A DNA stretch of 64,000 nucleotides, taken from a bacterium (lineage in GTDB: Bacteria; AUK180). The DNA is taken from contig JAGLWT010000133.1 in assembly GCA_023133295.1 (NCBI GenBank), forward strand, positions 5,054 through 69,053, read 5' to 3'. This document shows positions 33,401-41,692 of this stretch, piece after piece. The notes below the pieces were generated by a model, which saw nothing but the letters and a program-made list of their open reading frames with translations, made no database searches and was not told where the DNA came from. A program made the translations under genes and the position numbers. How positions within the stretch are numbered: the first letter of the stretch is position 1; every line of letters starts with the position of its first letter.

Positions 33401-35765
33401 CTCCAAGGGAAAAAGAATCAGCATCCAAAAAAGCTATTGCACTTGAATCATGTGAAATAACCGGTTGCCAACAAGTATTAATGCATTCTATCGTTGAATA
33501 CTCATCTATATAATACTGGTTTTGTGACCCATCAGGCATTATCAATATTTGAATTCTGTTACTAGGTTCAGCTATCGAGTCTCTAGCAGTTCCATGAAAG
33601 GCTAATAATGTACCGTCATCACTCCAGTCAATTCCATATATATATCCGAATATTTCAAATTGCCAAATAGTACTAGCGCTATTGACATCGTAGCATTTAA
33701 TGACGGTTTTATTTTCATCATTGCGGTAAATGTATGCCAAGGTATCTGAATTTCCCGCCCAAACGAAATCATCCCCCCATACTATATCGGGAAGAATTGA
33801 AATATTAGAGTTTTCTGTATCTACAATATGAATGTTGAAGCTCCTTAAAAATGCTACATATTTCCCTGACTTGGATATTTTATTAAACTTTGTAGGGCTG
33901 GGGTTCCACGAAGAATAAGGAGGTAATACAGAAGGTCTGGGGATACTGGAGACGAGTTGATAATAATTCGTACCATCGGTATTTAATCGATAAATACCAG
34001 AGTTTTCACTTAAATCATACGGACAAGTATTTCCCGGAATTTGAGCTACACTACATTTACATCCTCCTGAATATTCAAAATAATACAGCTGCGAACCCTT
34101 AATGAATGGCTGAAATGCGTAGGAATTTGATTCGAATTCCACGCGCTCAATACCTGAAATCGCAACTTTAGTTCCGGTTTCAATTTTAAATCTACCCGAC
34201 AAAGACTTTGAAGCAATTGAATAAATGTCTACAACATCAATATGGTAAAAGTATTCGCCATCCGGATAAATATTTCCATATTGATCACGCCCATCCCAAC
34301 TGATAACAACCTCATCTGAAGAAACAACTTCAGAGAATACAATTGTCCCATCTATATTTTTGATCTTAAAAATCCATGGGGATATCAGAGTTAAGTTCCC
34401 AACGCATGCGTCAAAATTAATCATTTCATTACAATTATCATCATTTGGAGAAAGAACATCACTTGAGACTACAATATTGACATCAATTGTGTTAATCTCA
34501 ATTTCTTTCACTTGACTGGCCAACATATTCCCTTGAAGATCCTCATATATAATTTCAATCAGATATTCACCTTCTGGAATAGTTTCTGTGGTAATAGTAC
34601 CTTCCAGCAAATAATCATTAAATGGTTTCGCGGAAAAACTTGAATAATATGTCTCGATAACAATTCCATTCAGATCCTTTAAGTGTATTTGTAACCTCGC
34701 CTCACTCTTTGAATAAAAAGAAGTGGAAAAAGTAATCTCGGCATATTTATGGGAATAATAATTTCTATTGAGCTCGAATTTAATTATTCTGAATGAATCA
34801 GATGGAACATGGTGAAATTCCCCTGCAATAGACCTCTCATTGTTGGAAATTTCGTAAATTTTTGAGTTATTATTAGTGTATATTGGTGTAGTTCCCAAGT
34901 GACTTGTTGAAAGAAATGGAGATGAAAATACATCGTCCAAACTTGACCAAATACTCTTATCAAGACCCATTTGCCAAATAGCGGAAGAAACACTGCTAAC
35001 ATCAGTAAAAGTAGGCCCGTTATATGCGATCAATTCAAATTGCCCCTGATTATTAACAAAAATCTCTGTTTGAAAATTCTCAGTAATAACTGAAATATCC
35101 TTATTTCCATCGCCATTGTAATCAAATACACCTGTTATTTCCTTTATACTACTGTTTAAATCCTGATCAAGATCCGAATTACAATTGAAACCAGTGGATG
35201 AGCTGCTGTATATGGTCAGGTTCCCTGTTTGGGAAAGAAATAAGAGCCAATAACTTGTATCGCCAGAAAAAAGACCAATGGTGGATTCCACACTTGGATT
35301 TAAAATAGGAATATCAATTTCCTGCACTATGCAAGGGTTAAGAATATCTTCATATACCTGAAACTTAGATCCCGACAAAAATCCAAATTCCAACCTTTGA
35401 TTATTGTTATAGTCGTCAAATAACTGTATATCCGAATCTACTGATTGAACGCCTGCCAACAACATTTGGAATATGAGGTCAAAATCATCGTCAAGAACAT
35501 TGTAATAATACTTGCCCTCGCAATTTGATAAAAAAATGATCTCAAATTCGTCATTTTCTTCTACTATTTCTAAATTTGATATGATTTGTTCTCCGTAACG
35601 AGTCAAATATGTGCCTAATAAGTACATATCTTTAAATCCAATAACGCTTCCCTGGCCTTCTTCCACACAGAAAACATAGTCCTGATATTGAACGGGAGCC
35701 CACTTAATATGCGCATAACTTGTTAATGCAATAATACACATCACCATTATAAAGGCCTTTTTCAT
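30408..35765 (-). CDS. Giant exported surface protein (~1785 aa) with FlgD-Ig-like domains, a TolB-like beta-propeller region and a C-terminal ~400-aa region of unknown fold; no T9SS CTD
   Basis: Start taken at MKKAFIMVMCIIALTSYA, with Shine-Dalgarno AAGGAGA 9 nt upstream. FlgD-Ig-like segments (LSPNDDNCNEMINFD ... ISWDGRDQYGNIYPDGEYFYHIDV; LSPDSNNCLDFIEITF ... LPDGLYAFKLQGTD). TolB-like repeats (KSGKYVAFLRSFNIHIVD, WSDDGTLLAFHGTARD). The C-terminus ends ...LLLYYESMYKEVTK with no sorting signal. Confidence 0.7.
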   Translation of the reverse strand: MKKAFIMVMCIIALTSYAHIKWAPVQYQDYVFCVEEGQGSVIGFKDMYLLGTYLTRYGEQIISNLEIVEENDEFEIIFLSNCEGKYYYNVLDDDFDLIFQMLLAGVQSVDSDIQLFDDYNNNQRLEFGFLSGSKFQVYEDILNPCIVQEIDIPILNPSVESTIGLFSGDTSYWLLFLSQTGNLTIYSSSSTGFNCNSDLDQDLNSSIKEITGVFDYNGDGNKDISVITENFQTEIFVNNQGQFELIAYNGPTFTDVSSVSSAIWQMGLDKSIWSSLDDVFSSPFLSTSHLGTTPIYTNNNSKIYEISNNERSIAGEFHHVPSDSFRIIKFELNRNYYSHKYAEITFSTSFYSKSEARLQIHLKDLNGIVIETYYSSFSAKPFNDYLLEGTITTETIPEGEYLIEIIYEDLQGNMLASQVKEIEINTIDVNIVVSSDVLSPNDDNCNEMINFDACVGNLTLISPWIFKIKNIDGTIVFSEVVSSDEVVISWDGRDQYGNIYPDGEYFYHIDVVDIYSIASKSLSGRFKIETGTKVAISGIERVEFESNSYAFQPFIKGSQLYYFEYSGGCKCSVAQIPGNTCPYDLSENSGIYRLNTDGTNYYQLVSSIPRPSVLPPYSSWNPSPTKFNKISKSGKYVAFLRSFNIHIVDTENSNISILPDIVWGDDFVWAGNSDTLAYIYRNDENKTVIKCYDVNSASTIWQFEIFGYIYGIDWSDDGTLLAFHGTARDSIAEPSNRIQILIMPDGSQNQYYIDEYSTIECINTCWQPVISHDSSAIAFLDADSFSLGVKVAYLDPYGEYAQTIELTRFPNSNYDSVMLMDWDNNSRYIYYSGGNFIEGTDCRFAFSLREDPFGNTQPKLLPGTPDYMNISLGRVDSMGGEDDLFANNILSVSDSNGIPSFPFYSYSENKIIISQYISENRADLNIISLTEYSECQNIAGNVPGNVENIESNVIATVNENDILSTFDTLMISSVPQQSIPSEGTNQDDIEPILSNVYDIRLLSGQEYFTDFIEIAFTYSDEKVQGLDESKLQVWAYNTDSNMWHVAQPDETRVHRDTVSNVLTVEIQSLEGYYVLSGYFGDYTQPEIADLSISSYYLSPDSNNCLDFIEITFSVSEFSLIDLAVISDSGEEVFKTQFYSNVDGISSHIWDASSNIGETLPDGLYAFKLQGTDVEGLQSEFYYSQFMIDTVAPISNIDIEGSQYINNGLTYISEDSNISISAFDSGLYQSGVNKIEYSINNSESLEYTSAISGSEFDQSDITLSFLSIDSACNREISETQMFIVDQTAPHVSLAYSPFRQIENNTLVYLGTFFTFSGSDSQSGVKYYQYRIESVSDQNDTGWMNYLDAFTLPFSAPGRYIISYKTTDNVDNESEVYIKEVILAPAVETSVNGTAFERVLILNGEGAQDLDNFMLLNNLADHAIVDNINDFVDEMRTGRFNVYWINEKDDNLPGHTAEEMREHVYSGFGLISSGYIHMISEGGSPGMFNLKSIGEYPENDYFIDITDTSISSAGIIPIEGWVQRLELLGISSNLVSVGTISVSNNPASPVITLNPYGWGKTAYYGFDLLYNAVNVNLSEIVSDNIRAITPGIPEEHLPGMVIALETKVIADITVPIRITEILPENVEIIKVYDGGVVEDGSITFEFPEGKKEVTVKYLIRLPDYSGELNFITRTSYKATVIWFDTEEIERTIYMAMDISEIKAAISEILYEISIETEYSNRIRKAIKTFEGLDDSFVNIEELDKAILDIVKTINNLVAIEDIDTDRSRRLLDGLLLYYESMYKEVTK

Positions 35766-36250
35766 GAGCATATCTCCTTTCTTGTGATTATGATATAATC
35801 CCGAAATAGAATCATTTCATCCCCTTGCCAGCTATATCGGAAGTTTATCTTTTCTCTCAATAATCCCTATTGGACATGATGCAAAGCCTTGTTGCGACTA
35901 CACATTTTAAAATTAAAAAGCTATCACATAACGAAAGCGTTTCATGCAGGAGCAGCCTTGAAGGTTGAAATCATCAATTGCATTCTTCGGTTACCCTTCC
36001 TTTGTGAGGAATTCTCTAACTAATTGTAATAGAAATATGCCAAAATGTCAAGTATATGATTATACCTCTTAGCCCATGTGGCATGTCGCGGTGATGGGGA
36101 GAAAGAGGAGATACTACACATTCAAAAAATGCAGTACTGAGTACAAAGGTGAGGTTATAAAGCAACCGATAAGCTGTTATTTCGTACACCCTTTTAATAT
36201 AGTTCTCTTTTCTTTCATTTTTCGTAAATATTTGGTAAAATCTTTAGACA

Positions 36251-37348
36251 ATGAGCAGATACTTTTTTAAACGGCTGAGGGATGAGTTCAGAAGACGCCT
36301 GCCCTTTGACCGTGCCTTATTAAAAGGCTACTCACTTCCTCCACTTAGAATAGACATTGAGCTTACGCACAATTGCAATTTGAAGTGCACGATGTGCTCA
36401 TTTGTGGATGGAAATGAGATCAATAAATATTTCTCAAATCCCAAGAGATCAAAGCATGAGTCAGCTGAGGAATTCCCCTCTATTAAAAGGTGGAAGAGAT
36501 TCATAGACGATATCTCTTCTTTCAACCCGACAATCAACCTTTCAGGCGGAGAGCCCCTGATCTACCCCCATCTATGGGAATTGTTGGATCTTCTGAAAGA
36601 AAAAAGATTTATTACCACGATGACAACCAATGCCTCTCTGATAACCGAAGATGTTGCGGAGAAATTGATCCGCTCAGATATCGATGCTTTGGTCATTTCT
36701 ATCGACGGCGATCGTGAAACACATGACAGGATAAGGGGCGTTGACGGTAGTTTTGACAAAGCCTTGCAAGGTATCAAAAATATTAAAGCGGTAAAGACGG
36801 CGCTGGCTTCCAAAACTCCGCGACTTGTTATCAATTCCACTATCTCGTGGGAGAACTACTCCGACCTATCCTTTGTAAAGAAGCTTTTTGCTGAAATACG
36901 GCCTTATAAATGGAATATATCTCATTTATTCCTGGGTAATGGCGATATGGCTTTGAAAGACCTCTCGGTCTTATATAATGAACGCGATGACATCAAGCCC
37001 TTAAAAGATATCTACGGCAGAATAGATACCGCTGCGCTTGGCAAAGAGATACGGGTACTAAGGTCAGCATCCCTGCCCATCTCATTTCTTCCATCTATTG
37101 AGGGCGAAAAATTGAAAACCTTCTATGAGGACCCCGCAAAGACCCTGCGAAATAAATGTTCATATCCATATTTCTCAGTGGGGATACAAGGTGACGGGAC
37201 CATTATCACTTGTATGTACACACCGATGGGAACAATAGATGATGATTTCAGAAGTATTTGGAATTCCGACCGTTATAAAGAATTCCGGCAAATGCTGAAC
37301 GGGAAACTCTTTTCAAAATGTTCGAGGTGCTGCGGGCTATATGAATAG
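36251..37348 (+). CDS. Radical SAM / SPASM-domain protein
   Basis: CxxxCxxC cluster in ELTHNCNLKCTMCSF, followed by the NLSGGEPLIYP Gly-rich SAM motif. The C-terminal Cys-rich region (CSYPYF ... ITCMYTP ... KCSRCCGLYE) is consistent with a SPASM/twitch auxiliary cluster. Overlaps the next gene by 8 nt. Confidence 0.7.
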   Translation: MSRYFFKRLRDEFRRRLPFDRALLKGYSLPPLRIDIELTHNCNLKCTMCSFVDGNEINKYFSNPKRSKHESAEEFPSIKRWKRFIDDISSFNPTINLSGGEPLIYPHLWELLDLLKEKRFITTMTTNASLITEDVAEKLIRSDIDALVISIDGDRETHDRIRGVDGSFDKALQGIKNIKAVKTALASKTPRLVINSTISWENYSDLSFVKKLFAEIRPYKWNISHLFLGNGDMALKDLSVLYNERDDIKPLKDIYGRIDTAALGKEIRVLRSASLPISFLPSIEGEKLKTFYEDPAKTLRNKCSYPYFSVGIQGDGTIITCMYTPMGTIDDDFRSIWNSDRYKEFRQMLNGKLFSKCSRCCGLYE

Positions 37349-38672
37349 GCGGAACATTTTCCTTTTATTTCTCGATCTTGTGACCGCATTCCTGATAGTA
37401 TTCTTCATTTACCGCATCAGATTCGGATTTGAGATACCCGCGTCACATAAGCTGACATTCATCCTTCTTATCACATCACCTCTTCTATTGATCACCTTCG
37501 GTCTGCTGATGGGGAATTACACAAAGAAGAACAGTATTGATCTTGAGATCGCGGGAAATCTTTTTCTTTCCGGGTTAATAACTTATTTCATCTTTTTCCT
37601 GGCATTAATGATCATCAGGATCTATCTGAAGAGTTTGGAATTTTCCGCGCCGGTACTTATTCTATTTTCCCTGGCGATACCACTTGTGCTCTTGATACTC
37701 CATATATTGGCGGGAAGATTCGCATCGAGAGCCAAATATAAAGAAACGCTGCTAATAGTCGGCTACAAAAAAAGCGATCGCAACACATTGGACAAGTACC
37801 TCAATGATATCCGAGGCATATACAATATAGTCGGCACCGTCGGGGATGAACTTCAGGGGGTGCCCGCCTTTGCAAAAGACAGAGATATCTTCTCGCTCAT
37901 CGAGCAGTACAATGTCAGCAATATATTGTTTGCCCGGTCTGTAGATCATTCACTTATTGAAAAGCTTGTACTTTCCAGATCACTCTTTACTACATCTTTG
38001 CTCTTCACTCCTGAATTATACGAGGAATTCAACCGTTGGGGCAAGGTGCGGCCATATCCCCGATTGCCGCTTTTTGAACTTGATATTAATCCCATACGGG
38101 GCGGAAACCAATTATTTAAAAGGATCTTTGATATTCTTTTCAGCATTGTAGGGCTTGTTGTCTTCCTTCCATTCGGAATGATAATTGCCCTGCTGATATT
38201 GGCTGATTCGCCGGGTAAGGTATTCTTCACACAGATACGGCTGGGGATCTATGCGAAACCGTTCAAGGTGATAAAATTCAGGACCATGTTCAGGAACGCG
38301 GAAAAGGAGTCCGGGCCTAAGTGGACAGAGCCCAATGATACCCGGATCACCAAGACCGGAAGGATATTAAGGCGATTGAGCCTGGACGAGATCCCGCAAT
38401 TATTGAATATCTTAACGGGACAGATGTCACTTGTGGGCCCGAGGCCTGAAAGGCCGTTCTTCGTGGAAAAACACTCCGCTCTCAAGGGGATAAGGATGCT
38501 GGTCAAACCGGGGTTAACGGGACTGGCACAGATCAACGGAAGATATGAGCTCACTCCCGAGGAGAAGGCGGCATTCGATCTACAATTTATTAATAGTTTT
38601 TCTCTTTCCATGTACTTTTCCATAATTATACGCACGGTAATCATTATTATTGGCGGTAAAGGGGTTAGATAA
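37341..38672 (+). CDS. Polyprenyl-phosphate glycosylphosphotransferase (bacterial sugar transferase, WbaP/EpsL family); the priming enzyme for polysaccharide synthesis
   Basis: 443 aa. N-terminal TM helices and a C-terminal catalytic domain with KRIFDILFSIVGLVVFLP, GKVFFTQIRLG, KFRTM, DEIPQLLNILTGQMSLVGPRPERP and GLTGLAQINGR. Confidence 0.8.
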   Translation: MNRRNIFLLFLDLVTAFLIVFFIYRIRFGFEIPASHKLTFILLITSPLLLITFGLLMGNYTKKNSIDLEIAGNLFLSGLITYFIFFLALMIIRIYLKSLEFSAPVLILFSLAIPLVLLILHILAGRFASRAKYKETLLIVGYKKSDRNTLDKYLNDIRGIYNIVGTVGDELQGVPAFAKDRDIFSLIEQYNVSNILFARSVDHSLIEKLVLSRSLFTTSLLFTPELYEEFNRWGKVRPYPRLPLFELDINPIRGGNQLFKRIFDILFSIVGLVVFLPFGMIIALLILADSPGKVFFTQIRLGIYAKPFKVIKFRTMFRNAEKESGPKWTEPNDTRITKTGRILRRLSLDEIPQLLNILTGQMSLVGPRPERPFFVEKHSALKGIRMLVKPGLTGLAQINGRYELTPEEKAAFDLQFINSFSLSMYFSIIIRTVIIIIGGKGVR

Positions 38673-39574
38673 TGAAAAAAATAACGGTCATTTCCTTGGT
38701 TATTGCTATTGCATTTGCTATGGTCTTCATGCTCATTACGGGGGCAAAGGATATGAAGCTGCAGATACGCTCCACCTTTATTCCCCAACTCTCGATCTCC
38801 TATTTAAAAACCCTGAACGGGGCACAATTCTACGGTCAGAAGGATTTCAATATTCAGACCTATGGGGAGATACTCACGAGAGGCACTGTATTGGAAGATA
38901 TCAACAAGGCCTTGCCCGGGATAAAAGCCACCGGCATCTCCTACGACCGCAGAGAGGACTCCAAGATACTCGATATCACGATAGTCGTATCGGCAAAGGA
39001 TGTCGAGAATCCCGGATTGGTCGGAGTTGTGATCGAAAATTATTTCGAAATTCTACTGTCAAAAATGAGCGAAAGATCTCATCTGATGATCAAAGAGCAG
39101 GTGGGCATTCTCATGGCTAAATTAGAAGAACTGGAGAAAGGGCTGAAGAGCGATATCGAAAAGGGTACACATGAAAAATTCGGCAGGTTCTTCAGAAAAT
39201 ACAGGGTGAATTACGGCAATGCCCCCATACCCGGGGATGTGATGCTGCATGGCCAGGGATATTCCGCTTCTACCCTCATACTTGACCAGTTAAAGACCAT
39301 CGACCCCGGCAAAGGCCCTGCATTTGATACGGAATTAACGGATTATATCAAGAGATTGAACCGATACAATCAATCCTTCTCGGACGCGATGAGATTGGAG
39401 AGCATAGAAAATGAGATCGCATTTTTATCCATGGCAAAGATCTCACCCTTGTATCATATCGGGTCACATAAGATCACCGGGTCGTGGAAAAGGATATTAA
39501 TTAAGGCATTTGCGGTCTTTCTCGCCTTGTTTCTGATAATTTTTACAATACTCTATGTTGCAAAAAAAGATTGA
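38672..39574 (+). CDS. Polysaccharide chain-length determinant-like (Wzz-like) bitopic membrane protein
   Basis: 300 aa. An N-terminal TM (ISLVIAIAFAMVFMLI), a periplasmic/coiled-coil-like middle region and a C-terminal TM (ILIKAFAVFLALFLIIFTILYV). Its position and topology fit a Wzz/PCP-type protein. No strong motif was found. Confidence 0.4.
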   Translation: MKKITVISLVIAIAFAMVFMLITGAKDMKLQIRSTFIPQLSISYLKTLNGAQFYGQKDFNIQTYGEILTRGTVLEDINKALPGIKATGISYDRREDSKILDITIVVSAKDVENPGLVGVVIENYFEILLSKMSERSHLMIKEQVGILMAKLEELEKGLKSDIEKGTHEKFGRFFRKYRVNYGNAPIPGDVMLHGQGYSASTLILDQLKTIDPGKGPAFDTELTDYIKRLNRYNQSFSDAMRLESIENEIAFLSMAKISPLYHIGSHKITGSWKRILIKAFAVFLALFLIIFTILYVAKKD

Positions 39575-40835
39575 CGGAGCCCTGCCCTTACTGATATTAC
39601 CACTTCTGATCCTGGATGACAGATTATTTCTCCTTGCCTGCATTGCCGTCTTTGTCTATCTGATGATAAGAAATAATGACGCGGTCATGCTGATACCTCT
39701 TCTGCTGATATTCACAGAATCCAATCCGATCGCATTACCCGGGCCGGACCTGACACTCTCCAAATGGGGCTTTGCCTTCCTTCTTATGATATACCTAAGG
39801 AAACGGCCGAAATTCTCTTTTTCCCCCGTCTTCATTCCCGTCTCTGTTTTCCTGGGCGGATTCCTGTTATGGACCGCAGTCGCTGCTGATGCGGTGATAC
39901 TGAGATGGACAGTGACCATGACGGCGAATATTCTTTTTTTCTTCCTGGTGTTCCAGCTTCTCAAGGATAAGCAGATGCAAAAGCAGATAGTCAGGGGGCT
40001 CCTTTTCGCCCTTGTAATTAACGCATCTTTAGGAATATTTCAATTTATCTCTGGCGGGCGGACGCTTCTGTATTTCGGCATGAACAATGAGAAAATGTGT
40101 TTTGAGCATTGGGGGAATTTCGTTCGGAGTTCCGGATTATTTCAGAACACGAACCTTTTTGTTTCCTTTTTAATACCACTTTGCCTGATCTTATTTCCCT
40201 TAATAAAAAAGGAGCACCGATATCTGTTCATACCTGTTATATTCGGCGTTCTATTCACCTTTTCGCGCGGAGCATGGGTAGCGGTGATCGCGGCTTTGCT
40301 GATCTTTCTTCTGCGCAGGGGAAAGAAATATTTCCCTCTGCTGATACCCATCATCCTTCTGATCCTTTTCACGCCATTTGGACAACGGTTCTATAGAAAA
40401 GCTCAGGACCATTCAGTATACTATTCCGATATGGGAAGAAAGGCCTCATTTGAAGTTGGCGCGGAATTCATCTCCAGAAATGTTTACACAGGGATAGGGC
40501 CGGGAAAATTCTATACGGAGTTCGCGAGATATGCGCCCGATAATCTGCCCTGGTCCAACTTCTATCCGCACAATGCTTTTATTGCCACTCTTGGGGAGAC
40601 CGGGATCGCAGGGTTCTTCTCCTTACTCGCGATCTTCTATATTCTTCTTGCCGCTCTTGCCAAAGAAAAAAGAAGGCCCGGACTGCATTGGATGATGGGA
40701 AGCATCTTCTCTTTATTCATACTTTCTAATTTCTACGATCTTCATACCGAACCGCAATTCTGGATAATCATTGCCATTGCCGCGGGAATTCAGCATTTCG
40801 AGCCAGGGAGGGAAATATCCGTTTTTCCATTATAA
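39555..40835 (+). CDS. O-antigen ligase/polymerase-family (Wzy_C) membrane protein
   Basis: 426 aa polytopic membrane protein carrying the Wzy_C hallmark TFSRGAWVAVIAALLIF. Confidence 0.65.
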   Translation: MLQKKIDGALPLLILPLLILDDRLFLLACIAVFVYLMIRNNDAVMLIPLLLIFTESNPIALPGPDLTLSKWGFAFLLMIYLRKRPKFSFSPVFIPVSVFLGGFLLWTAVAADAVILRWTVTMTANILFFFLVFQLLKDKQMQKQIVRGLLFALVINASLGIFQFISGGRTLLYFGMNNEKMCFEHWGNFVRSSGLFQNTNLFVSFLIPLCLILFPLIKKEHRYLFIPVIFGVLFTFSRGAWVAVIAALLIFLLRRGKKYFPLLIPIILLILFTPFGQRFYRKAQDHSVYYSDMGRKASFEVGAEFISRNVYTGIGPGKFYTEFARYAPDNLPWSNFYPHNAFIATLGETGIAGFFSLLAIFYILLAALAKEKRRPGLHWMMGSIFSLFILSNFYDLHTEPQFWIIIAIAAGIQHFEPGREISVFPL

Positions 40836-40882
40836 TCCCTTATTTTTCACACTTTGAGGTCCTTTCTGACTATCTTGATACA

Positions 40883-41692
40883 TTGCAGGAACAGTCATTC
40901 TCTGATTTTGAGGTCATAATCGTAAACGATGGCGAACAGAGCATGCCGCAAAAATACAGCAAGCTCTCTGTGACATATCTCAACAATAAGCTAAATTCCG
41001 GGTACTCCGCCTCATTAAATAACGGGGCTGCGATTGCCAAGGGAGAATGGCTGATACTTTCCAATACGGATATACTCTTGCAGTGCAATGCCTTGAAGGA
41101 TTTAGACCGCTTGATCCGAAACCGGGACAGCCAAATGATACAGCCCCTGCTTATTGACCGCAAAGGCATTCCAGACCCCTTCAGCGCAAGGGCATTGCCT
41201 CCTTCGTGGGGATTTCTTTACTGGCCCTTCCGTTCTCAGAATTTCAATTTTCCCGTAAAATACCTGCTCAAAAGGACAAGTGGCGGAAGCATTAATTGCG
41301 CAAAAGGAGCATTTCTCGCTATCAAAAAAGACATCTTTATAGAACTCGGTGGAATGGATGAGCAATTCTGGATGTTCTGGGAGGATGTGGACCTCAGTAA
41401 ACGCTTAACTGCCAACGGGTACAGTATTTATTTTGCACCCTCGCTCAGAATAACTCATTTGGGTTCACAGACCATAAGACATATTTCCGTGAAAGCCGAT
41501 CTTGGGGAAATTGATTCACGCGCCGGCTACTTTCGCAAACATCACAGAATTCCCGTATTTCTGACGGTATTTTTTGAACTGAAAGGCGCTATGCTAAGAT
41601 ATTTTACCGCCTTGTTCCTCGGAAAACCCTCAGCAAAGAACTATTATCCCGATTATCTTCGAGGCCTGAAGGCCAGGTTATTCAGATGTTGA
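40883..41692 (+). CDS. Glycosyltransferase family 2; the annotated start is non-canonical (TTG), and the conserved N-terminal GT2 motif lies upstream in-frame without an ATG/GTG/TTG
   Basis: DFEVIIVNDGEQS (the DxD-region lead-in) and LSNTDILL are GT2-like. In the same frame upstream (from 40769), the translation reads ...NIRFSIIIPYFSHFEVLSDYLDTLQEQSF, i.e. the GT2 SIIIPxYN block. This overlaps the 3' end of the ligase-like gene in another frame. Confidence 0.55.
   Translation: MQEQSFSDFEVIIVNDGEQSMPQKYSKLSVTYLNNKLNSGYSASLNNGAAIAKGEWLILSNTDILLQCNALKDLDRLIRNRDSQMIQPLLIDRKGIPDPFSARALPPSWGFLYWPFRSQNFNFPVKYLLKRTSGGSINCAKGAFLAIKKDIFIELGGMDEQFWMFWEDVDLSKRLTANGYSIYFAPSLRITHLGSQTIRHISVKADLGEIDSRAGYFRKHHRIPVFLTVFFELKGAMLRYFTALFLGKPSAKNYYPDYLRGLKARLFRC

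Noticed and set aside
24626-35002. Many short ORFs in alternate frames within the RHS and giant-protein genes (e.g. 25876-26181, 26518-26889, 27376-27708, 31203-31625, 34784-35002)
   Set aside because: Shadow ORFs inside two very long, motif-rich ORFs.
23425-35771. Interpretation of the RHS locus as a T6SS effector or as a Tc (ABC) insecticidal toxin complex
   Set aside because: No T6SS structural genes or PAAR/VgrG genes in the window, and the RHS has a Sec signal peptide. The large partner protein is Ig/propeller-rich and beta-type rather than the alpha-helical TcA. No SpvB-like motif was noticed. Neither known model fits, hence it is reported as potentially novel rather than assigned.
38249-39120. 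ORFs 38249-38788 (minus) and 38650-39120 (plus) overlapping the sugar transferase and Wzz-like genes
   Set aside because: Alternate-frame or antisense overlaps of genes with strong motifs (sugar transferase) and consistent membrane topology.
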